Shown: piece after piece, positions 19,522 to 29,275 of the stretch
Numbering within the stretch: position 1 is the first letter of the stretch
Layout: the number at the start of each line of letters is the position of its first letter
Assembly: GCA_964624585.1 (NCBI GenBank)
Contig: CAZUXE010000007.1
Span: 736-64,735, forward strand
DNA length: 64,000 bases
Origin: an uncultured bacterium
GTDB taxonomy: Bacteria; Hydrothermota; Tepidihabitantia; B3-TA06
Direction of reading: 5' to 3'
Position numbers and translations under genes: made by a program
Notes under the pieces: generated by a model
What the model was told of the DNA's origin: nothing
Databases searched by the model: none
Seen by the model: only the letters and a program-made list of their open reading frames with translations

Positions 19522-19977
19522 TTAGAAGTAGTATCTAAAACCTATGCCGCCTGCCATTTCAAAATTAGTGCCAGGAATAAGAACCATCAAAGGATCAAGC
19601 TCTGCATAAAAACTGATTGGATTATATATATACTCAAGACCCAAGGGAATTCGAGCGGAAAAACGGATACCACCGTTACTAGATCCTGTTGCTCCCCATA
19701 CATCAACTAAACCGCCTATACCAACATAAGCATTGAGAGTACCAGTTCTTACTCCTAGAGGGAAATGATACAGATAACCTGCCTGTAAAGCTACATAATT
19801 ATATGATACATTCCATCCAAAGGTAGCGTCAATGGCACTTCGCGTATCCAGCCAAAATTTTCCAGATAAACCAGTAGGCTGACCAAGTTGAATCCCCAAA
19901 GCTGTATTGCCATGAGCATTTGCAAGATTAACAAATCCTAACGACAGTAGGATTACTAAAAAAGTAATTTTTTTCAT
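19522..19977 (-). CDS. Small outer-membrane beta-barrel protein (OmpW/OmpA-barrel-like)
   Basis: 151 aa. Signal peptide MKKITFLVILLSLGFVNLANA, Gly/Tyr-rich amphipathic strands, C-terminal FRYYF. Convergent with the preceding gene. Confidence 0.5.
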   Translation of the reverse strand: MKKITFLVILLSLGFVNLANAHGNTALGIQLGQPTGLSGKFWLDTRSAIDATFGWNVSYNYVALQAGYLYHFPLGVRTGTLNAYVGIGGLVDVWGATGSSNGGIRFSARIPLGLEYIYNPISFYAELDPLMVLIPGTNFEMAGGIGFRYYF

Positions 19978-20201
19978 TATAATGCCTCCGTATTGCTTTG
20001 CTAGTGCAGTATAGCAAGCTTTAGTACGTTGTCAATATCTACTAATAAAATACACGAATTGAATTCTGGATGAACATACTATATCAGCCTTCATTCCTTC
20101 CTAGCTCCATATTCAACTAACTTTCCTTAAAGACGTAATTTCAATACTTATCCAAGCTTGTTTTATTAGCCGCTTTGTATAAACTAATAAAAGGAGATTT
20201 G

Positions 20202-21005
20202 ATGAGTGAAACGAAGTATCAACCTGTAGCCTTAATTACCGGCGCTACATCAGGAATCGGACTTGAATACGCATGGACGTTTGCAAATATGGGCTATGAC
20301 ATCTTATTGACCGGACAAAGGGGAAAAATATTGAAACGCCTATGCTCTCAGATTAAAAACAAACATAACATAAAAGCCGAATATATCACGGGGAATCTTG
20401 CATTAGCCAAGCATATAAAAGAACTGTGTGAATTAATAAGCCAAACCCCAAATCTTCACGTACTTATCAATAATGCCGGTTATACTCGCCTACAGCCCTT
20501 TTATGAAGATAATGTAAATGCTCAAGCCGATATACTGAAAGTTCATGCCGAAGCAGCCCTCAAGCTTAGCCATAGCGCTATTCCCGTTCTCAAAAAACAT
20601 ACCTGGGGAGCTATAATAAACGTTTCTTCTATTGCCGCTTTCAATATAGGATACAAAGACTTACTCTACAACGCTTCAAAGGCTTTTTTATTGAATTTTT
20701 CAGAATCATTGCACTTACTGTTAAACAATACAGGCATAAAAGTACAAGTTCTATGTCCAGGCTTTACTAAAACTGACTTTCATATGAAATTGGGAATGGA
20801 CAATAATCATCCGTTTTTTTCACAACACAAATTTATGTCAACGAAAGAAGTTGTACATATATCTCTACGATGTCTTGAAAAAAATAAAGTAGTATGCATT
20901 CCAGGTTTAAGAAACAAATTAAGAATACTTTTGATGAAGTACATTCCTCGTAAATTACTTTACAACCTTCACTTAGCCAAAAAAACACAGGACGCTACTA
21001 AGTAA
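20202..21005 (+). CDS. Short-chain dehydrogenase/reductase (SDR) family oxidoreductase
   Basis: TGATSGIGLEYA Rossmann motif, NNAG, catalytic YNASK. Start placed at the ATG at 20202, which has an AAGGAG RBS. The ORF-track start at 20175 is in frame. Confidence 0.8.
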   Translation: MSETKYQPVALITGATSGIGLEYAWTFANMGYDILLTGQRGKILKRLCSQIKNKHNIKAEYITGNLALAKHIKELCELISQTPNLHVLINNAGYTRLQPFYEDNVNAQADILKVHAEAALKLSHSAIPVLKKHTWGAIINVSSIAAFNIGYKDLLYNASKAFLLNFSESLHLLLNNTGIKVQVLCPGFTKTDFHMKLGMDNNHPFFSQHKFMSTKEVVHISLRCLEKNKVVCIPGLRNKLRILLMKYIPRKLLYNLHLAKKTQDATK

Positions 21006-21177
21006 ACATGCTGTTTCTGAATTTTTAAGCAACATTGAACCCATATTTACTCTGTATGTTTTTTATACACGACCCCAAATTCGATAGATGCTATTGGATA
21101 GACTTGACTTATCGCCTTATTCCAGATAGTATTGCTTATAATTTTGTCCACGAAGACATCAATGAAATGGGGGATTT

Positions 21178-22656
21178 ATGAAAAAGCTTTTCATTCTGCT
21201 AATTATAATCGCGACGTCCTATCTTAACGCTTGGACAAGAACCTATGGAGGTAATGGCGACGAGGAAGGACGCTGTGTTAAGTCTACACTAGATGGTGGA
21301 TATATAGCAGTAGGATACAGCAATTCCTATGGAACAGGAGAAGCGGATGTGATGCTTATTAAAACCGATTCTTTGGGAGCAAAAGAATGGTGTAGATATT
21401 ACGGTTCTAATGAAGCCGAAAAAGGAGTAGCAGTGATTCCTGTAAAGAACGGAGGATATGTTGTTTTAGCTCAAAAATTCCGTTTGGGAAATGGTGCATG
21501 GGATGCATGGTTATTCAAAACCGACTCAATAGGTAAGATGTTATGGGAAAAAACCTTTGGTGGAGAATGTAACGATATAGTAAATGCCTTGGGAGTAGAT
21601 ACCTTAGGGAATTTTGTTGCTGTTGGACATACCGAATCTTATGGTTCAGGTGGGTTGGATGCTTGGGCATTCAAGACCGATTCAAGAGGCAATCTCTTAT
21701 GGGAAAAAACCTTTGGTGATTCCAAAGATGATTGGTTCAATACAGTATATATGCTTGGTTCAATACCTCTTGTTGCAGGTGGTACAAAATCGTATGGAAA
21801 AGGAGAATCTGATATGTGGTGGCTTTCCCTTCATCCTAAAACTGGTGATGTTTTTATGGAAAAACTATGGGGAGATAAAGAATGGGATGAAGTCTACAGT
21901 GTAATACCGACATCTAGGCTTCTTAGCAAAATTGTTCCAGGATACCTTTTTGTTGGTGTAAGTACATCATGGGGTGTAGGTGACGAAAATATGATAGCCT
22001 ATCGCACGGATACTACATTTAATTACCTTTATCGCAGATTTATTGGTGAAAACAATATAGATGACAGAGGATACATGATTAAAGAATATCCCCAAGGATA
22101 TTATATAGTAGGAATTACTAACATCACAGAAGATAAGAATTCCGGTGATTTATGGTTGGTAGCTTTAACTTCTTCCGGAAGCTCCCCATGGAAAAAGACC
22201 TATGGTGGAAGCAAGAGAGATGTTGGGAATAGCATTGATTTAGTTACAGGAACAATCGGTGGAGCAATTATTACGGGTTACACCGAATCCTTTGGCAAAG
22301 GTGGCAAAGATTTATGGTTGTTGAGAGTTGATAGTAAAGGCGATACCTTAGCCCACGCACCTTGGAAGCCTCCTGATAATCCTCCTAACGATACTACTAA
22401 AGCCAAATGGACAATTTATCCAAATATAGGTTCATATATAAATCTGAAATATACTGCTTTAGCTGCCCCTCTTAATATAGAAGTTTTTGATTTGCTTGGG
22501 TGTAGGGTTGATGAACTTACTCTTCCCAAAGGATCAGGAAGCACAATGTGGGGTGCAAATATGGCGAGTGGAATTTATTTCTTTATTCCAAAATCCCAAA
22601 AATCTCCTCAACCCTTAAAAGTAGTAATTTCAAAAGATTCTTTTTCTGAAAATTGA
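21178..22656 (+). CDS. Secreted beta-propeller-repeat (SBBP-like) protein with type IX secretion C-terminal sorting domain
   Basis: 492 aa. Signal peptide. At least 6 tandem ~50-aa repeats of pattern YGG..D.G..V..T.DGGY..VG.T.SYG.G..D.WL.KTD..G..LWEKTFGG. C-terminal ~85 aa matches the T9SS sorting-tail pattern (YPN…FDLLG.RV…SGIYFF…K). Confidence 0.6.
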   Translation: MKKLFILLIIIATSYLNAWTRTYGGNGDEEGRCVKSTLDGGYIAVGYSNSYGTGEADVMLIKTDSLGAKEWCRYYGSNEAEKGVAVIPVKNGGYVVLAQKFRLGNGAWDAWLFKTDSIGKMLWEKTFGGECNDIVNALGVDTLGNFVAVGHTESYGSGGLDAWAFKTDSRGNLLWEKTFGDSKDDWFNTVYMLGSIPLVAGGTKSYGKGESDMWWLSLHPKTGDVFMEKLWGDKEWDEVYSVIPTSRLLSKIVPGYLFVGVSTSWGVGDENMIAYRTDTTFNYLYRRFIGENNIDDRGYMIKEYPQGYYIVGITNITEDKNSGDLWLVALTSSGSSPWKKTYGGSKRDVGNSIDLVTGTIGGAIITGYTESFGKGGKDLWLLRVDSKGDTLAHAPWKPPDNPPNDTTKAKWTIYPNIGSYINLKYTALAAPLNIEVFDLLGCRVDELTLPKGSGSTMWGANMASGIYFFIPKSQKSPQPLKVVISKDSFSEN

Positions 22657-22762
22657 CTACAGCTTAAACTCATCACCTTGAAATCTACCGAAATCTTGAA
22701 CGTTGATGCTGTGGAATTTGGATATTCTTCATAACTATCCAATATCCGACAAGATAAATGTT

Positions 22763-25700
22763 TTACCTTAAAAGAATCGTTTTCCTTACATCTGTGTAGT
22801 TTTCTGTTGTAAGACGAATGAAGTACACACCTGCAGGACATATGTGATTAACATCATCTATACCTTCCCAAAGCAAGGAATGAGATTTTGTTTCTAGCTT
22901 CCCTACCTGAAGATTTTTAACTTTCCGTCCTGCGGCGTCATATACAGCCAATTCTGCATATTCTGTACAAGGAAGGGTATAAGAAACAGCAATTTTTGAA
23001 CCTATGGGTGTTACAGAAAACTTCGACTCTGTGGATGCGAGAATTGTAAATGCACCTGAACGGCACTGTATTATATTACCTAAGGTATCATGAGCAATAA
23101 GGTCAAGGTAGGCATCTTTTGAAGCATAGTCTGGAACCTTCCAATTAACAGAACCGGTATAGATTTTGTGAACTTTATTTCCGAAAGCAGAATATGTTAC
23201 TGTTTCAGTTTTTCCTTTAAGCAACACACGATCTTTTGATGAAAGCTTGAACTCCATACTTGCAAGTCCGTGTTCACTTTCAAATTCCCAATAGGTAACA
23301 ACATCTTGACCTGTTCTGTATTCTCCTCCTACAGGATTAAAACCTGAGATAAAATTCAGAATGGCCGTTTTTTTACCAATAGAAAAAACATCGGAAAGAG
23401 CTTCATTAGAGCCTGTTTTCACTCTAATAATACATTGGGGATAATTGCCAACAGGCTGCGGTATACGACTTAAGTTAAAAAGTCTGCCTACTTCCCAGTT
23501 ATAATAGTTTATTCCAGTTTGAATTGTAGAAAGAGTCGCTATTTTCTGCCAGGTTGTTCCAGCGTCTAAAGAAAGCTGTAGAGAACCATTTGAGCTTGCT
23601 TTGCTCTGATACCAACTGAGAGTTCTTACTGTTCCCATAGGCCATAATTCTCCTGATTGGGGATTAGTTACAATTACAGAGGGAAAAATAGAATTATCAA
23701 CAGAAGGGAATTTACTTAAAGGAGCCGCATGGATATTAAGATATTTACTGACGGAGTCTTCTTCTAACCAAAGCAGAGCTGAAATACCCGAAGCATAGTT
23801 TAAATCGCCGTAGAGAGAAGTTGTTTTATTGCCAGAGCTTTGTAATTTTTTTTCTGTCCATGATTTATTTTGTACAGAAATGTGGATATCATCATCTTTA
23901 TCAATCCATGCAAGCGCGGTAGCCCCTAATAGATTGATATCTTTACACGATGATTGGGAGATATTTATTTCAGTTTGAAGGTTAGCCAAAGCATTTGTGA
24001 AATAAGCTTTTTGTAGGTAGGGTTTAGAGTTCTTTATGTAGCCAATTGTGGCTGAGTTACCTTTGGCTGCAATTCGGGGTTTATTGCCATCTGCTATATG
24101 TTGCGGTAAAGCCTTAGCTGGTAGCCATAAGAATATTTGTCCTGCATCTTGAAACACAACTACCGGTATATTAAAATCTACTACTGTAAGTTCTGCATAT
24201 GCGGAATTTGAAGTCGAAAGCCTGCAGGACTTTGAATCAAGTAGTTGATAATTATCAAGTTTAACCCTATAATACAATAGGTTAGCGTCCTGCTGCAAAA
24301 CGATATGGGCGTAGCCGTTTTCATCAATAGAAAGAGAAGGATTAGTTAAGGAACTATTAGGAACAGCAACAATTTTTTTTCTATTGCCAGATACAATATT
24401 TGTTAGCCAACACTGGATTTCAGTAGGTTTATTGACTAAATAGACGGCATAAATTGAAGCCTGATCTGTAGCTATTGCAGGAGATGTAGTAGAATAGCCT
24501 ACGGTTGGATCAATTGAAGTAATTGCCCATGTTTTCCCAGTATCAAGCGAATATGCGTAACGCGCTACAGATGAAGTGTTAAATGAATCTGTATAGGTAA
24601 TATGTATTCTACCTAAAGCATCTACTTTAATTTTTGCCCCGTTGGTCGCTTCTAGTGGAACAGTGGAGTTCACTGGTAAGGGGGATGCTTGAGTTTTACC
24701 TAAAGGTATATGTTTTTGATACGTAAGATAATTTTTAGCTGTAACAGTAAGTGTTGCAATGCCAGATATTTCTTGAAATCCTGGAAATCTTGCCACTCCC
24801 ATTTTGTTAGTCAATGCTGTATACAAAACTCGACACGGTATATAAACTGTAACCTTGGCATTAGCTACAGGCTTGGCAGCCGCATCACGTACCATTACTT
24901 TTAGAACACGGGAATCCGCATCCCAAGCTATAACTCCAAACCTATTAAGTTTACCATTATATGTAGATAACGAAGGATCTCCAAGCAGATGTATATTATA
25001 AGCAAGGGCTTGTATTCCTGTCTCTTGTATAGCAAGAAGGAAAGATTCACCTAAAGTGTTTTCATTGACCTCAGTGAATCGTTTCGCAAAGGCTCCGCCA
25101 AAGGTATTACCATAAGAGCGTCTGACGTCATCAACCCCACCTATAAAGGCTAATGCTCCGGCATTCGGGTTCCTTAAAAATTCTACAGCTACGTTTCCGC
25201 CAACCGATGGATGGTTTGGATCAAGCCTGCGGATATATCTAGCTACAGAACAAGAAGCGCTGTAGATAACCGCTTGCTTCTTAGCGTTCGATTGGTTATT
25301 TAATTTTGCAATATCAGCTGCCCATAGGCGATCTAACGAAGATGGCAGGTTGTTTATTTTATAGCCTGTACCGAATTGTGCCGCTGTACCGTGATCAAGG
25401 TGATAAATAAAGCTGTAACCAGACTGAAGCTCTTTGCTAAGGACGTTTGCATCAAGCAATTTATTGCCAGACCATAAAGGCCCTGATAAGGGATTAAAAA
25501 GACGAACAGCCTGACATCCAGCTCTGCTTTCCCAAATGTTTGCAACATCGTTTGCATTTTTCAAACAACTATAGTCATGAGCAGGATCAAACTCCATATC
25601 AGCTGCTGAAACCAATGCCCTTTCTGTATAATTTTCCTCAGGTGGTGTTTTCTCATAGGTAATAATTTTATCAACGGCAATTTGCGCTTCTTCTAAGGAA

Positions 25701-27739
25701 GAACATGGCAACCGACCTAAGGCGACATCAGGAGTCCATTCTTCAACACCCTTATCACCAACTTCTATAGCTACGTCACTCTGATTCCATTGAGAATTAT
25801 TTGAAAGGGCATTTGCTGTATTAAGCATCATATTTTTTTGCGAATTCAGCCCCATAAGCCAGACATGATTAGGGTCAGATTGTAAAACACAGGTTCGTGA
25901 ATTCAAAGGTGGTCTTCCTGCAGTAGATAATATTTTCCAACTAAGCCCATAATCATCCGTGCTATAGATTTTGTCCCCAACAACGAAGGCTTTTCCTTTA
26001 TTTTTATCCACAACAGTGATATTAAACGCATAGAAGTCAGCTCCAAAAAGATTAGATGGGCTTTCTTTCCATTCCCCTGATGAATTTCTACTATAGACGT
26101 GATACCGAAGGTCGCCGTATCCTATCATACAGCCTCTGTTTATATCAAAAAAATCAACCATATAGAGGATAACATTAGGGACGTCATTCCAATCCTGTAC
26201 GATATTAATATCTTCGCCAACAAGATCTATTTTCCAAACGTATTTGCTCCCAACAGCCCAAACCCTACTTTTATTTACAACGTCAACCTGAGACAAATAA
26301 TTCCTTGATTTTAGCAAATGCTTAGGTATTTCAACTTCTTTCCAGCTTTGTCCCCAGTCATCTGTTTTTAGTAGCAGTGGAAGAGTATCTTTTTTACCAA
26401 CTGCCCAACCTTGATTTCCATAAAAATCAATATCGTTGATAAAGTCCGAACCATCTAATTTATAAACCACATCCCAACTTATCCCACCATCAACACTACG
26501 GGCTATTCCAAATTCCCCGACCATACAGACTGTATTATTTTTGAAAAAATATGCATCTCTTGCAATTCCTAATTGAAAAAAAGCCAATTCATTCCAATGC
26601 TTACCACCATCAATAGTTTTTAAGACCATTGGGCCGCCGTGTCCTCTACCGTTACCTACAAGCAAGCCTTCTTTCTGATTAATAAAGCTCAAACCCTTTA
26701 CTTTAATAGATGTTTCAAAGGGTTCTCCATAATATTGATTTCCGTTTTCGTTCCAGGCCGAGTAAATGTCTGCTCCCATTTCATTACTGCAATCTGCATA
26801 GTAGAGATCTGTAAAGTTTGAGCCAGCCATTGGTTCTCTATAGCACCTATCTCTTGTTGGAATAACATCGTCATTTCCTCCAAGTAAAATATATTCGCAA
26901 CCAGCTGATACTTTTTGTCTTATGAAACCTAATAATTCAGGAGCTGAACCTATATTTTCAATAAAATATACACCAGTGGAACAACCTGTTTGAGTTTTCC
27001 ATTCGGCAAGTTTTGAAAATGCAGGCAGAAATTCCTTTGTCGTTACTATAGCCATTTTCTCTTTTGAATGAGACAAGGTAAGTATGTTGGAATAAGCCCA
27101 ACTAGTTTCAAGAAATGGTTTTACGTCTTCTGTGTTTTCAACCAAGGCGGATAAAAATTTAACTCTTCTTAGTTGAGCGCTTGAATCCCTATCAACCTTC
27201 ATTGTCTTTGATAATGCTGGTTTTGTCTCTAGAGAAATAGTTATTCGATTATAAAGAACCAGCGTCCGGCTTCTTGGATGATATTGAACAGGGTACAGTC
27301 TAACAGTTGCCAATTGAGCGTCAGCGCTCACTCCATGACGCATAAGCAACGCTGGAACACCAGGGCTTGCCGTTTGCCAATATTCATTAATCTCTGGAAT
27401 AAATGAATACCCCGTTGCCTTTGTGCCTTGTTTCTGCATAGGCATGGGAAGAATATTATAAGAGACAATTGTGGAATCTAATGCAATTATGCGTACTCTA
27501 CTGACTTCTTTATTAGAAGGGATAATAAATTGAACGTCTTTTGAAGGTAGGTCTGGCATTCCATATTGACTTGCAGTGTTAAAACAACCTTCAAGCTCAA
27601 TATAGGTATAGTTTTTTCCCCCAATTCTCTCCATCTGCAGGTTTAATTGCGACGAAGTAAATCTATAGGTTTTTGTTAAAGAGGCAAAAGTTATTCCCGT
27701 TCCCAAAAGAAAAGCGATTACTACAAACTTAAATCTCAA
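22763..27739 (-). CDS. Giant (1658 aa) secreted clan CD cysteine peptidase (gingipain/C25-like) with embedded BNR/Asp-box beta-propeller, Ig-like domains and T9SS C-terminal sorting domain
   Basis: Signal peptide. N-terminal region resembles a C25 propeptide and catalytic subdomain A. ~500 aa later there is a His-Gly … Ala/Ser-Cys dyad (YHLDHGTA … IYSASCSVARY) in the caspase-like order. The intervening region has multiple S-x-D-x-G-x-x-W Asp-box repeats (KTIDGGKHW, SVDGGISW, KTDDWGQSW, STDDYGLSW). C-terminal 85 aa match the T9SS sorting-tail pattern. Confidence 0.6.
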   Translation of the reverse strand: MRFKFVVIAFLLGTGITFASLTKTYRFTSSQLNLQMERIGGKNYTYIELEGCFNTASQYGMPDLPSKDVQFIIPSNKEVSRVRIIALDSTIVSYNILPMPMQKQGTKATGYSFIPEINEYWQTASPGVPALLMRHGVSADAQLATVRLYPVQYHPRSRTLVLYNRITISLETKPALSKTMKVDRDSSAQLRRVKFLSALVENTEDVKPFLETSWAYSNILTLSHSKEKMAIVTTKEFLPAFSKLAEWKTQTGCSTGVYFIENIGSAPELLGFIRQKVSAGCEYILLGGNDDVIPTRDRCYREPMAGSNFTDLYYADCSNEMGADIYSAWNENGNQYYGEPFETSIKVKGLSFINQKEGLLVGNGRGHGGPMVLKTIDGGKHWNELAFFQLGIARDAYFFKNNTVCMVGEFGIARSVDGGISWDVVYKLDGSDFINDIDFYGNQGWAVGKKDTLPLLLKTDDWGQSWKEVEIPKHLLKSRNYLSQVDVVNKSRVWAVGSKYVWKIDLVGEDINIVQDWNDVPNVILYMVDFFDINRGCMIGYGDLRYHVYSRNSSGEWKESPSNLFGADFYAFNITVVDKNKGKAFVVGDKIYSTDDYGLSWKILSTAGRPPLNSRTCVLQSDPNHVWLMGLNSQKNMMLNTANALSNNSQWNQSDVAIEVGDKGVEEWTPDVALGRLPCSSLEEAQIAVDKIITYEKTPPEENYTERALVSAADMEFDPAHDYSCLKNANDVANIWESRAGCQAVRLFNPLSGPLWSGNKLLDANVLSKELQSGYSFIYHLDHGTAAQFGTGYKINNLPSSLDRLWAADIAKLNNQSNAKKQAVIYSASCSVARYIRRLDPNHPSVGGNVAVEFLRNPNAGALAFIGGVDDVRRSYGNTFGGAFAKRFTEVNENTLGESFLLAIQETGIQALAYNIHLLGDPSLSTYNGKLNRFGVIAWDADSRVLKVMVRDAAAKPVANAKVTVYIPCRVLYTALTNKMGVARFPGFQEISGIATLTVTAKNYLTYQKHIPLGKTQASPLPVNSTVPLEATNGAKIKVDALGRIHITYTDSFNTSSVARYAYSLDTGKTWAITSIDPTVGYSTTSPAIATDQASIYAVYLVNKPTEIQCWLTNIVSGNRKKIVAVPNSSLTNPSLSIDENGYAHIVLQQDANLLYYRVKLDNYQLLDSKSCRLSTSNSAYAELTVVDFNIPVVVFQDAGQIFLWLPAKALPQHIADGNKPRIAAKGNSATIGYIKNSKPYLQKAYFTNALANLQTEINISQSSCKDINLLGATALAWIDKDDDIHISVQNKSWTEKKLQSSGNKTTSLYGDLNYASGISALLWLEEDSVSKYLNIHAAPLSKFPSVDNSIFPSVIVTNPQSGELWPMGTVRTLSWYQSKASSNGSLQLSLDAGTTWQKIATLSTIQTGINYYNWEVGRLFNLSRIPQPVGNYPQCIIRVKTGSNEALSDVFSIGKKTAILNFISGFNPVGGEYRTGQDVVTYWEFESEHGLASMEFKLSSKDRVLLKGKTETVTYSAFGNKVHKIYTGSVNWKVPDYASKDAYLDLIAHDTLGNIIQCRSGAFTILASTESKFSVTPIGSKIAVSYTLPCTEYAELAVYDAAGRKVKNLQVGKLETKSHSLLWEGIDDVNHICPAGVYFIRLTTENYTDVRKTILLR

Positions 27740-28330
27740 ATTAACCTCCGTTTCTCACTTCTAGGGAGTTACAACACCCCCAAATATCACTTTAGACCTA
27801 AACTATAGAGATAGACAGGTTTTTGTCAAGCGCTGCCACAACCTGCGATATAAAGCACACAAAGTCATAACTTACATGCGGGCATTTCATTCCCAAAAAC
27901 AACGATATCATAATCGTATTTAATATAAAAATATCTCTAAAAAACTCTGTCCAAGTTATTTAGCATACACAAATTCTTGGAATGGCTTAAAGTATTAAAG
28001 GAAGATATTACCTACACAAAGGATATTGTATATTTATGTAAAACTCAGCAAGTATCAGAATAAAATCTGGATAATAAGGGAAACAAGGCAGGGGAGCGCC
28101 ACCGTTTTACTCCCCTGCCCTGCTTTGCTTCATCAAATGTTTGAAGCGCAACGTCAATCTTTATATCATATCTGAATCAGCATATAGCTATACAATTGAG
28201 GGACCATTTTATTCCATTCCTAAAATCCTGAGTATCTACATTTTTTAGTTTGATTTTTTCAAATTTTGAATCCATCCCTCGGTTAATATCTTACTTTAAT
28301 CTAATAATTAAATTAGTTAAAGATAAAAAA

Positions 28331-28360
28331 AGGCGGGATAAAACCCCCGCCTTTTTGTTC
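28331..28360. terminator. Bidirectional rho-independent terminator (serves tatD on the minus strand)
   Basis: AAAAAA-GGCGGG-ataaaac-CCCGCC-TTTTTGTT: GC stem flanked by an A-run and a T-run, immediately 3' of the tatD stop codon. Confidence 0.5.
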
Positions 28361-29141
28361 ACTCATCTAGTCTAAAAAGACGAACAGCGTTAGCGGTAGT
28401 TGCCGCCCGTACTTCCTCGGCATCCACTCCTCTAATTTCAGCAATGCCCTTAACAACATCTACAACAAAAGATGGTTCATTAGGCTCACTCTTACGTAAT
28501 TTAGGCGGAGCAAGCATAGGTGAATCGGTTTCAACTAAGATTCGATTCAAAGGAAGACTACGAACCAACTCTCTTAAAGGACGTGCATAGGTATGAGGAC
28601 CTCCGAAAGAAAGCCCAAAACCCATTTCAATTGCCCGCTCTGCTTGACGTGGTGTACCGGTAAAGAAATGAATCATTCCCCCCACGTCATCTGCCGCTTC
28701 TTCTTCCAAGATCCTTAATATATCCAAGGTCGCCTTGCCGTCGTGTATTACCAAAGGTAAATTGACTTCTCGTGCAACCTGAATATGTTCACGAAGTTGT
28801 TCTTTCCTCTGCGCTATATCGGAAGGTTTCCCTTGTCTGTAGTCAAGCCCAATTTCACCTATACCAACAACACTAGGCTCTTCTTTACATGTTCTGACTA
28901 GCTTTTCAAAGGTTTCTAATCTAGAACCATCAGGATGTGAAGCGCCAAGAATTATAAAAACATTGTCATACTCTTTAGCCAACTTAAGACTTGCCTCCCA
29001 CAATCTAGGCACTTGGGCTATGGTTAGGATAACGACTCCTTTTTCAGCAGCTCGTTGTATTCGAGGTATTGCCCATTGCCCTGATTCCCTGTCTCTGCCA
29101 ATAAGATGCGCATGAGCGTCTACATATTGAATTCCAATCAC
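28359..29141 (-). CDS. tatD: TatD-family metal-dependent hydrolase (DNase)
   Basis: 260 aa. N-terminal VDAHAHL, internal GEIGLDY, FHCFTG-like HFFTG, SFGG and ETDSP motifs of the TatD family. Confidence 0.85.
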   Translation of the reverse strand: MIGIQYVDAHAHLIGRDRESGQWAIPRIQRAAEKGVVILTIAQVPRLWEASLKLAKEYDNVFIILGASHPDGSRLETFEKLVRTCKEEPSVVGIGEIGLDYRQGKPSDIAQRKEQLREHIQVAREVNLPLVIHDGKATLDILRILEEEAADDVGGMIHFFTGTPRQAERAIEMGFGLSFGGPHTYARPLRELVRSLPLNRILVETDSPMLAPPKLRKSEPNEPSFVVDVVKGIAEIRGVDAEEVRAATTANAVRLFRLDE

Positions 29142-29275
29142 AGTTTCTCCAATCGTTTATTTTTCCCTTATCTCTTAAACCCACTGGAAAATAGTATATC
29201 AAACGATTCTAACGACTATATATGAACTGTCAAGCGCAAGAACGCTTACATCCGTAAAAAATGTTCTTTGAGAAG

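Noticed and set aside
19489-19710. 73-aa + strand ORF
   Set aside because: Lies antisense within the 151-aa OMP gene and has no RBS. Noise.
21614-21904. 96-aa + strand ORF inside the SBBP-repeat gene
   Set aside because: Alternative frame of a confidently coding gene with no independent signals.
22608-22841. 77-aa minus-strand ORF between the SBBP gene and the giant peptidase gene
   Set aside because: Overlaps the 3' ends of both flanking genes. No motifs and no RBS. Likely spurious.
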